Origin: Candidatus Micrarchaeum sp.
GTDB lineage: Archaea > Micrarchaeota > Micrarchaeia > Micrarchaeales > Micrarchaeaceae
Direction: 5' to 3'
Length of the DNA: 32,000 bases
Assembly: GCF_016806735.1 (NCBI RefSeq)
Contig: NZ_CP060530.1
Location: 720,001-752,000, forward strand
Shown here: piece by piece, positions 24,908-31,178 of the stretch
Numbering within the stretch: the first letter of the stretch is position 1
How the letters are laid out: the number at the start of each line of letters is the position of its first letter
The notes under the pieces: generated by a model
Seen by the model: only the letters and a program-made list of their open reading frames with translations
Told to the model about the DNA's origin: nothing
The model's database searches: none
Made by a program: the position numbers and the translations under genes

Positions 24908-26238
24908 ACAAGAAAATCCTCATAGTCACTTCTGGAATTTATCTCTCCCGTTAAATTGGAGTTCAGCATTTTCTTTGCGGTTATTGCATCGTAGTTGCCA
25001 AGCAGCCATGCAAGCTTGACGTATGCGGTTTCCGGGGTCATGTCCTCGCAGTAGATAACGCCTGCTCCGGAGAGAAGCCTTAGGTTCCTGTATACGTTTG
25101 GGTTTACCCTTCCGTAAAGGCATTGCGAGGTCATTCCGACAATGACTCCTTTGTCTACTGCTTTTTTGATGTTTGGAAGCCATGAGTAATTCTCGTGCTG
25201 CGTCGATACAGGAGTATGGCCCAGCCCAGTGCCCTCTATTATTATGCCCTTGTAGCCCTTGGCCACGTAATAATCTATTATCCCTGGGTCGGAATTTGGA
25301 TAAGCCTTGACAAGCGCAACATTTTTCTCAAAGCCAACCATCGGCTCCTTGCTTTTCTTGTCATGCTTTGCATGTTCGGCATCCTTTGAAAGGTAATTTA
25401 TCTCGCCTGAATACGAAACTGTAGCGATATACCCTTCGTTTATGGGCCTGAAAGCGTTCCTTCTTGAGGTGTGCATCTTCCTGGCCCTGGTGCCCCTTAT
25501 GAATCCGCATTCGTCATCCGAAGAGGTCTTGTGCATGCATATGCCTACGCCTTTTATTTCAGAGCGCGCGGCCAGCACCACCGAGCAGAAAAGGTTCATG
25601 AAAGCGTCCGATGAGCCCCTGTCGCTGCTCCTTTGCGCGCCGGTAAGCACCACGGGTATGTTTATGCCATTAAGCATGAATGAAAGAGCCGCAGATGCAT
25701 AGTGCATAGTGTCAGTCCCTATCGTAACTACGACACCGCGAGAGCCTTCCTTCTCGGCCTCGTATACCTGCTTAGCTATCTTTTGCCATTCCAGGTATGA
25801 CATGTCCTCGCTTGATATGCTGAAGAGCGGATCTACTTTCAATTCCGCCACGTTGGCAAGTTCCGGCACCTCGTAGAGCAGCTCTTCTGGCTTGAGAAGC
25901 ATGTAGACCCCGCCGGTTTTGTAGTCGAGCTTGCTCCCTATCGTGCCCCCTGTGTATATGAGCGTAACCTTTGGCAGGGAGCTTTTCTGTGTTATTTTTG
26001 AATGTGGAAATTCGTGAACCGGCACGCCCTTCCTTATTTTTGTTATCTTTGCGCCATCAAACCTGAGCCCTGCGTTGTAGCCATTTTTCATCTTTAAGAT
26101 TATGATCTCTTCGGAATTCGCTTCGGTGCTTGGCATCAGCTCTCCTTCTTCGCTTATGCCTTCGGCTTCCACCTTTATTATGTCCCCAAACTCTATGCCG
26201 TTAGACTTGAGGAACTCGGTTATTTTCTTTCCGTACAT
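24904..26238 (-). CDS. gatD: Glu-tRNA(Gln) amidotransferase subunit D (asparaginase-like)
   Basis: Asparaginase motifs LIYTGGTIGS and TIGTDTM. The track start is TTG 26259, overlapping the mtaB stop. ATG 26238 (MYGKKITEF...) is preferred. Confidence 0.93.
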   Translation of the reverse strand: MYGKKITEFLKSNGIEFGDIIKVEAEGISEEGELMPSTEANSEEIIILKMKNGYNAGLRFDGAKITKIRKGVPVHEFPHSKITQKSSLPKVTLIYTGGTIGSKLDYKTGGVYMLLKPEELLYEVPELANVAELKVDPLFSISSEDMSYLEWQKIAKQVYEAEKEGSRGVVVTIGTDTMHYASAALSFMLNGINIPVVLTGAQRSSDRGSSDAFMNLFCSVVLAARSEIKGVGICMHKTSSDDECGFIRGTRARKMHTSRRNAFRPINEGYIATVSYSGEINYLSKDAEHAKHDKKSKEPMVGFEKNVALVKAYPNSDPGIIDYYVAKGYKGIIIEGTGLGHTPVSTQHENYSWLPNIKKAVDKGVIVGMTSQCLYGRVNPNVYRNLRLLSGAGVIYCEDMTPETAYVKLAWLLGNYDAITAKKMLNSNLTGEINSRSDYEDFLV

Positions 26239-26255
26239 TCTCTTTTTGCACCAGT

Positions 26256-27542
26256 TCAAACTTTAACAGGCTCAGCATACAATGCATTGGATGTTGCATT
26301 ATAAATCCTTGCCGTAATCCTTGAGCCAAGGGAAAGGCCGGAAGCGCTTGCAGCCCTAGGAATTACTATCTGCCTGTAGCTGTCGTCCCTTCCATTAACG
26401 GAAGAGGCATTGCTTTCTGTAAGAAGCACGCTTTCTTCGGCTCCTATTGCGCCTGCGTTCTTGGACGCCTGCATGGCCCTGACCTCCCTGGAAAGCTCCG
26501 CGCTTCTCTCTTTTATAACATTGTCATCAAGCTGCTTCATTCTTGATGCGGCAGCGTGCGGCCTTTTTGTGAACTTTGATATGTTCGTGACTTCAGGCTT
26601 GAATTCCTTGAGGGCTTCCAGCGTTGCGTCAAAGTCGGCTTCGGTTTCCCCGGGGAAGCCCACTATTATATCCGTCTCTATCGTTATGTTCTTCACTTTT
26701 TGCCTTATCTCTTTTACAATTTCGAGGTACTTTTCAACAGTATAGCCCCTGCGCATCGATTCCAGGACGGAATTGCTTCCTGACTGCAGAGGTAGATGCA
26801 GGAACTTGTATACGTGCTCGTTTTGCATTGCATCTATCAGCTCGGCATAATACCTGTGCAGATGCTCTGGATTCAGCATTCCGATCCTTATCCTAAAATC
26901 TCCTTCGAAAGAGCATGCCTTTCCGACAAGCTCGGCTATGTTGGTGCCCTTGTCTATGCCGTAAGCCCCGGTATCTTGCGCCGTGAGCTCGAGCTCCTTT
27001 GCCCCGTTCCTTATGCTGTAGGATATTGCATTGAGTATTCCGGCCTCGGAAAAGCTGTTGAGTCTGCCCCTTGCGAATTTCGTTTCGCAGAACGAGCACG
27101 AGCTCAGGCATCCGTCGCTTAGCGGTATCTTGGCTATTATCGATTTGCCAGGCACGTAGAGCCCTATCCTGTCGTACCTGCTCTCGCCCATCAGCATGAC
27201 TCTTTTCCCCGAAGCCGTATCCATTACTGCTTGGGGCATTCCAGCTATGTTCTGTATCTTGGCTATGCTTGCGCTTGGGGCATACCTGCTTATTATGTCG
27301 CTGTTGGCGCCTGCCATGCACCCAGTGACGAGAATCTTCTTGCCGCTTTCCTCAAGCTTTGAGAGCCTGTACGTTATCCTGTTCTGGGTTGCGCCTTTCA
27401 CGGTGCACGTATTGAGCAGGACAACGTCCGCGTCGGCCTCACTGGAGCAGGTCTTTATACCTGCGCCACCCATTGCGCTGGCTATGAGCTCGCTGTCGGC
27501 CTGGTTGAAAGTGCATCCGTACGTCTCTATGTATACCTTCAA
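26256..27542 (-). CDS. mtaB: radical-SAM methylthiotransferase, MiaB/MtaB (CDKAL1-like) family
   Basis: N-terminal UPF0004 cysteines (YGCTFNQ, NTCTVK, TGCM), a radical-SAM CLSSCSFC (C-x3-C-x2-C) motif and a C-terminal TRAM-like segment. TTG start at 27542. Confidence 0.9.
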   Translation of the reverse strand: MKVYIETYGCTFNQADSELIASAMGGAGIKTCSSEADADVVLLNTCTVKGATQNRITYRLSKLEESGKKILVTGCMAGANSDIISRYAPSASIAKIQNIAGMPQAVMDTASGKRVMLMGESRYDRIGLYVPGKSIIAKIPLSDGCLSSCSFCETKFARGRLNSFSEAGILNAISYSIRNGAKELELTAQDTGAYGIDKGTNIAELVGKACSFEGDFRIRIGMLNPEHLHRYYAELIDAMQNEHVYKFLHLPLQSGSNSVLESMRRGYTVEKYLEIVKEIRQKVKNITIETDIIVGFPGETEADFDATLEALKEFKPEVTNISKFTKRPHAAASRMKQLDDNVIKERSAELSREVRAMQASKNAGAIGAEESVLLTESNASSVNGRDDSYRQIVIPRAASASGLSLGSRITARIYNATSNALYAEPVKV

Positions 27543-27681
27543 AAACGCACCATAGGTATTGGTTGTTATTGATTATTAATAGCCGTAAAAAGCTAAAACA
27601 CTTATGAAAGGAAACGTTCTTCTGATTAGTAGTTTGGCCACAATTTAAGCTTTTACAGGACTATATGCACAAAACGCAGAA

Positions 27682-27693
27682 ATATATTTAAAG
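27682..27693 (+). promoter_or_regulatory. TATA-like box for micro-ORF A
   Basis: atatatttaaag lies about 47-58 nt upstream of ATG 27740. It is conserved in unit B as gtatttaaag. Confidence 0.4.
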
Positions 27694-27739
27694 ACTGCTG
27701 TTCCATTTTGCTTTGAAATATAAAATATTGGGTGAAAAA

Positions 27740-27817
27740 ATGAAGGGAGGAACAAACGGCGGGAAAATCATAGGAGGACCACACAGCGGAATCGTTGGAG
27801 GACCACACGGAGGATAA
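27740..27817 (+). CDS. Gly/His-rich micro-protein (25 aa), MKGGTNGGKIIGGPHSGIVGGPHGG
   Basis: Hand-translated and too short for the track. GGTGA lies 6 nt upstream of the ATG. A TATA-like box is upstream and T-runs are downstream. The first 8 codons and the whole 5' region are duplicated at 28138-28230. Confidence 0.45.
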   Translation: MKGGTNGGKIIGGPHSGIVGGPHGG

Positions 27818-27825
27818 TCTAAATA

Positions 27826-27858
27826 TTTCTTTTACTTTTTCTATCAGATATTTTTATT
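27826..27858 (+). terminator. oligo-T tracts (archaeal-type terminator) after micro-ORF A
   Basis: tttcttttactttttc and tttttatt begin 9 nt after the stop codon, on the plus strand only. Confidence 0.35.
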
Positions 27859-27865
27859 GTTAGTT

Positions 27866-28129
27866 CTATTTGTATAATGTTCTTTTCTGCGGTTGTATGG
27901 ATTTTCTCTTTACAAGGCTAAGGTATTGATCACTGTAAAGATTGTCGAACTTCCTGCAGATATTTATTATTATAGTTTTTAGGATTAAAGAATCAGATTT
28001 TACGCCTTTTATTACCTTAAAAAGATCGTTTTCTATGGCCTCAGTATCACTCTCTTTTAATACAGGAGATATATGGAATATTCCGTCAGGGGTTTCAATG
28101 TCGTAGGTTAGGATTCGCCTTTTACAAGG
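27866..28129 (-). pseudogene. 5'-truncated remnant of an Lrp/AsnC-like gene (paralogue of the C-terminus of 28301-29716)
   Basis: An 87-codon open frame without a start: PCKRRILTYDIETPDGIFHISPVLKESDTEAIENDLFKVIKGVKSDSLILKTIIINICRKFDNLYSDQYLSLVKRKSIQPQKRTLYK*. It aligns with ...DMETPDGIFYLFPVLKEEDIEKIKGELSETIKGVKFDSLIIERMIIGNICYRKFDNLYSDQYLALVKKKLISAQKRTLY... Confidence 0.6.
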
Positions 28130-28151
28130 TTATACCCCAAAACGCAGAAAC

Positions 28152-28161
28152 GTATTTAAAG
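28152..28161 (+). promoter_or_regulatory. TATA-like box for micro-ORF B
   Basis: gtatttaaag occupies the same position relative to ATG 28208 as the box in unit A. Confidence 0.35.
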
Positions 28162-28207
28162 ACTGCTGTTCCATTTTGCTTTGAAATATAGGATATTGGG
28201 TGAAAAA

Positions 28208-28237
28208 ATGAAGGGAGGACCAAACGGCGGAAGATAA
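28208..28237 (+). CDS. truncated copy of the micro-ORF (9 aa, MKGGPNGGR)
   Basis: It has the same SD and start context as 27740. Relative to copy A, 48 nt carrying both GGPH repeats are missing, with the frame kept. T-runs lie at 28242-28260. Confidence 0.25.
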   Translation: MKGGPNGGR

Positions 28238-28300
28238 GGAATTTTATTCTCTTTTGTTCTAATTAAGTTTAGATTTTATTATGTCGATTTATTAGGTATT

Positions 28301-29716
28301 TTAATTATTATTTGATTTAGTAATATATAACGTTCTTTTCTGTGCCGATATAAGTTTCTTTTTTACCAATGCCAAGTATTGATCACTATAAAGATTGTCG
28401 AACTTCCTGTAGCATATATTTCCTATTATCATTCTCTCTATGATCAGCGAATCAAATTTAACTCCTTTTATTGTTTCGGAAAGTTCGCCTTTTATTTTTT
28501 CGATGTCTTCCTCTTTTAATACTGGGAATAGGTAAAATATCCCGTCTGGGGTTTCCATGTCGCATATATAAGAGAACCTGCTTATTGCTTTATTTGGTTC
28601 ATTTATTATATACTTGTGATGGTTATATTTAGAATTTATAAATTTTTCCTTATTCGTTATATTTTCAAGTATTATGGCATCATATCTTTTGTTTATAGTG
28701 GTTACTGTAAGCGTAGACCTTAATATTGCGCTCTTTCCTTCTTCGTTCATTAAATCTTCATAAGCCCTTTTTGCACTGCCTATTGGAAGATTATATTTTC
28801 TGTCTATCGATGCAAAACTTTTGGTACTGTCTTCGTTCAATTCACAGAGAATGGCGTATTCCCTGTACATCAAGCTAGATGCACCGGGTTTTTCTCCGTG
28901 CTTCTTCCGACGCCAGACCTTCTCTTTTAGAACATCGAAAAACTCTTGGCGTAATGGTACAAATCCATAATCCGTCGCAATTGGAGTTATGTACCACTCT
29001 GACTCTATGCCCTTAAGCACTGCTGCTGTCCTTATGCTGTCTAGGACATCTGCAACCACGTTGTTGTTTTCCGCAACACAGAAAATAGCAAGATCGTATG
29101 TACCCTTGGCAGCAAGGGCAAGCTGCACTCTTGGGTTCTTTTCCAGTGCTGCCCTTACTGCTTCGTGGCTTGGCTTGTCGCTTATGAATTTTGCGAGAAT
29201 CATGTACTCGGAAAAGCCAAGGTTGTTCATGTTAAGCTCGAGCGTGTACTTTATCCCCAGGATTCTTTCCAGCCTTTTTATCCTGTATTCCAGCACATGC
29301 AGCGGTATTCCCGTAATTGAGGAAATCCTTGCATGGGGAAGCCTCGAGTTCATGCTTAATGCTTCCAGCAGCAGAATGTCTTCGTTGCCAAGAGCCTCGT
29401 CAAGCGTTCTTTCAGAAGCGGCTTTCCTTTTTTCCTCAAGTTCCCTCTGGTGTTCAATCATTTTATTGTATTCGAATTCCAGGGCCTTAAGCCTTGCTTC
29501 GCTCTGTTTTGGCTTTGCAGGTATTACTACGCCGTTATCGGTTATCCATCCTATATAATGAGTTATCTTTACCGGCTTTTTTCTTTTGCTGTCCCATTTG
29601 CTCGTGGCCTCAAATACGCAGAATCTTTTGTTTAAGAATTTCAGCTCTATATGCCCGCCGTAAGACTTTTTGAGCTCATCGAAGACCTCTTTTATCTTTA
29701 TGGGAGCTTCCGCCAT
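28301..29716 (-). CDS. two-module Lrp/AsnC-family transcriptional regulator with an extra N-terminal domain
   Basis: Module 1: DILLLEALSMNSRLPHARISSITGIPLHVLEYRIKRLERILGI (HTH) followed by a RAM-like region with PRVQLALAAKGTYDLAIFCVA. Module 2 begins at M283: YAILCELNEDSTKSFASIDRKYNLPIGSAKRAYEDLMNEEG plus a RAM-like C-terminus. Residues 1-100 have no assignment. Confidence 0.85.
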   Translation of the reverse strand: MAEAPIKIKEVFDELKKSYGGHIELKFLNKRFCVFEATSKWDSKRKKPVKITHYIGWITDNGVVIPAKPKQSEARLKALEFEYNKMIEHQRELEEKRKAASERTLDEALGNEDILLLEALSMNSRLPHARISSITGIPLHVLEYRIKRLERILGIKYTLELNMNNLGFSEYMILAKFISDKPSHEAVRAALEKNPRVQLALAAKGTYDLAIFCVAENNNVVADVLDSIRTAAVLKGIESEWYITPIATDYGFVPLRQEFFDVLKEKVWRRKKHGEKPGASSLMYREYAILCELNEDSTKSFASIDRKYNLPIGSAKRAYEDLMNEEGKSAILRSTLTVTTINKRYDAIILENITNKEKFINSKYNHHKYIINEPNKAISRFSYICDMETPDGIFYLFPVLKEEDIEKIKGELSETIKGVKFDSLIIERMIIGNICYRKFDNLYSDQYLALVKKKLISAQKRTLYITKSNNN

Positions 29717-29808
29717 GCAAAGGCCGATTTTATTTATTTTAATTATATTTCCGCGTTCAAGTTATTTATTGGTTCCTATGGGTATACAAATCTAAAATAT
29801 TAAAAAAT

Positions 29809-29835
29809 CTTTTAAAAAATGCGATTTTTTAAAAG
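29809..29835. promoter_or_regulatory. perfect 12-bp inverted repeat with a 3-nt spacer (candidate operator)
   Basis: cttttaaaaaat-gcg-attttttaaaag (arms checked by hand). It lies in the 307-bp divergent intergenic region, between two copies of the TATA-like 11-mer attttatttat (29727-29737 and 29869-29879). Confidence 0.45.
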
Positions 29836-30023
29836 TATGGTTTGGACGTAAGGGCAGTGAAAAGGCAAATTTTATTTATAAAGAAAAGCCCATAATCTTA
29901 CTCAAGCAATATGTGGGGGTTGAGGATAATGAAGAACAGTGGGATAATGCTTTTCGCTATGCCTCTTGTTTTCCACCCATGTACTATTTCCCCACATACT
30001 GCTTCATGTTAATAGGTGGGAAT

Positions 30024-30143
30024 ATGTTTGGATGGAATAAAAGGAAGAATGAAGTTGTTGTTGCAGATAACAACGACAACAGGCCAGTAAAGATGGTCCA
30101 GATATCAGAGAACGTTTACAGGTTCGTCTGGGCAGACGAATAA
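30024..30143 (+). CDS. micro-protein (39 aa), first gene of the divergent operon; start uncertain
   Basis: MFGWNKRKNEVVVADNNDNRPVKMVQISENVYRFVWADE. The ATG is preceded by taataggtgggaat, the same SD context as the next gene (taataggtggggaa-ATG at 30164). The track's longest version starts at GTG 29913 with no SD. A 27-codon ORF in another frame (29929-30012, MKNSGIMLFAMPLVFHPCTISPHTASC, with GAGG 5 nt upstream) is an alternative reading of that upstream stretch. Confidence 0.4.
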   Translation: MFGWNKRKNEVVVADNNDNRPVKMVQISENVYRFVWADE

Positions 30144-30163
30144 TAACGCTAATAGGTGGGGAA

Positions 30164-30502
30164 ATGAGTCAAAAACAAAAAGGGAGCGGAAGCGCTGCGA
30201 AACAGCGCGTTAGGGATCCGAAGAAGTTCTTCGTTGTGAAAAGGAATGGAAAGACGTACCACAAGTTCTTTTTAATAAAGCCGAAGCAGGGAATGGACCT
30301 CAACATGCTTGCGAACGATCTTGCAGCACTTCCTGACGTATTGGAGGTTTACGCCACCGAAGGAACCATAGGATTCATGGTAAAGGCAAGATTCGACGGA
30401 GAAAAAGAGCCGGAGCAGGTAGCGCAATACATAGAGAAGAATGTTTCAAAGGACTACGGGACTCTTGTCAGCTACATAAACTTCAAGAGGTGCGCAAGAT
30501 GA
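30164..30502 (+). CDS. stand-alone RAM (Lrp/AsnC ligand-binding-type) domain protein with a basic N-terminal tail
   Basis: FFLIKPKQGMDLNMLANDLAALPDVLEVYATEGTIGFMVKARF matches the beta-alpha-beta-beta pattern of AsnC-type effector domains. No HTH is present. The SD is GGTGGGG. Confidence 0.7.
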   Translation: MSQKQKGSGSAAKQRVRDPKKFFVVKRNGKTYHKFFLIKPKQGMDLNMLANDLAALPDVLEVYATEGTIGFMVKARFDGEKEPEQVAQYIEKNVSKDYGTLVSYINFKRCAR

Positions 30503-30750
30503 GCCTCAAAATGTGGTATTTGAAGCATTTCGACAAGGACAGGCTTCTGGATGAACTCTCGAAGCCTGCAGAGGGGGAATATGTTGTGATCAGGGATGGG
30601 CCAAATACGTCGGTACGCGTGCCGGTAGAAGAACTTGACGGATATATCAATTACCTGAAGGACAAAGCTGCAATCTGCATGGATGAATACAAAAAGTATA
30701 ATAAAGAAAGAAAGTCGGGCGATAGCGTTAAATTAGGTGATGAAATATGA
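30499..30750 (+). CDS. hypothetical protein (83 aa)
   Basis: ATG 30499 overlaps the upstream TGA (ATGA) and has GAGGTG 7 nt upstream. The track begins at GTG 30490. No motif recognised. Confidence 0.65.
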   Translation: MSLKMWYLKHFDKDRLLDELSKPAEGEYVVIRDGPNTSVRVPVEELDGYINYLKDKAAICMDEYKKYNKERKSGDSVKLGDEI

Positions 30751-31166
30751 GTAAAAATGATAGTAAGGACAAAGAAACAACTGGTAGAGTTCTGTTGAGA
30801 AAAGAGAATCAACAGAAGTTAGAGGGTAGAGTCGTGTCTTATGGCAAAGCAGACACTATGTGCGGAATCGCTATGCATTTGACTCCAGAAACTAAATATA
30901 TTCCTGTTACAATTCCAAAGCCATTGATACTATTAGTAGAGGATGGAACAATACACGAAGCAGAGCTTAATCCAGATATATTTTACGCCTCAGATGCAAT
31001 AATAATGAAAACTGGTGGCGAGCTGGCACATATAGCTGTAATAGCCAGAGAACGTGGCATATTGGCAGTGTCTGAAATACCAGTTGATAAAATAAAGAAC
31101 GGAACTAAAGTAACAATAAAGACTATTGATCTGGAAGACGAAATAAAAGCTTTGGTAGAATTTTAG
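30747..31166 (+). CDS. stand-alone PEP-utilizing-enzyme mobile (phosphohistidine swivel) domain protein
   Basis: DAIIMKTGGELAHIAVIARERGILAV matches the GG-x-(T/L)-(S/A)-H-x-A-(I/V)-x-A-R-E-x-G-I-P-x-V signature, including the phospho-carrier His. ATGA overlap with the upstream gene. Confidence 0.8.
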   Translation: MSKNDSKDKETTGRVLLRKENQQKLEGRVVSYGKADTMCGIAMHLTPETKYIPVTIPKPLILLVEDGTIHEAELNPDIFYASDAIIMKTGGELAHIAVIARERGILAVSEIPVDKIKNGTKVTIKTIDLEDEIKALVEF

Positions 31167-31178
31167 TGAAGTGATATT

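Larger units (their letters stand above)
27650..28116. repeat. tandem duplication, unit A
   Basis: Aligns with 28119-28575 at an offset of 468-469 nt on the left side. It contains the promoter, the micro-ORF and a remnant of the regulator's 3' end. Confidence 0.8.
28119..28575. repeat. tandem duplication, unit B
   Basis: See unit A. The right end of this unit lies inside the intact regulator gene. Confidence 0.8.

Noticed and set aside
27770-27812. The repeated ggaggaccacac as a CRISPR-like or microsatellite repeat.
   Set aside because: There are only two copies, spaced 24 nt apart and in frame within the micro-ORF. No array structure and no cas genes are present anywhere in the window.
26256-27817. 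A radical-SAM enzyme next to a small Gly-rich peptide gene, which could look like a RiPP biosynthetic pair.
   Set aside because: The enzyme has the full UPF0004 + radical-SAM + TRAM architecture of housekeeping tRNA methylthiotransferases. It has host-like GC, is transcribed away from the peptide, and is co-oriented and closely packed with gatD-gatE. The composition break at 27543 separates it from the peptide locus.
29913-30023. The N-terminal 37 codons of the 76-aa track ORF (GTG start).
   Set aside because: There is no SD before the GTG. A strong taataggtggg context precedes the internal ATG at 30024 and is duplicated before the next gene. The upstream stretch is equally open in another frame, so its coding status is unresolved.
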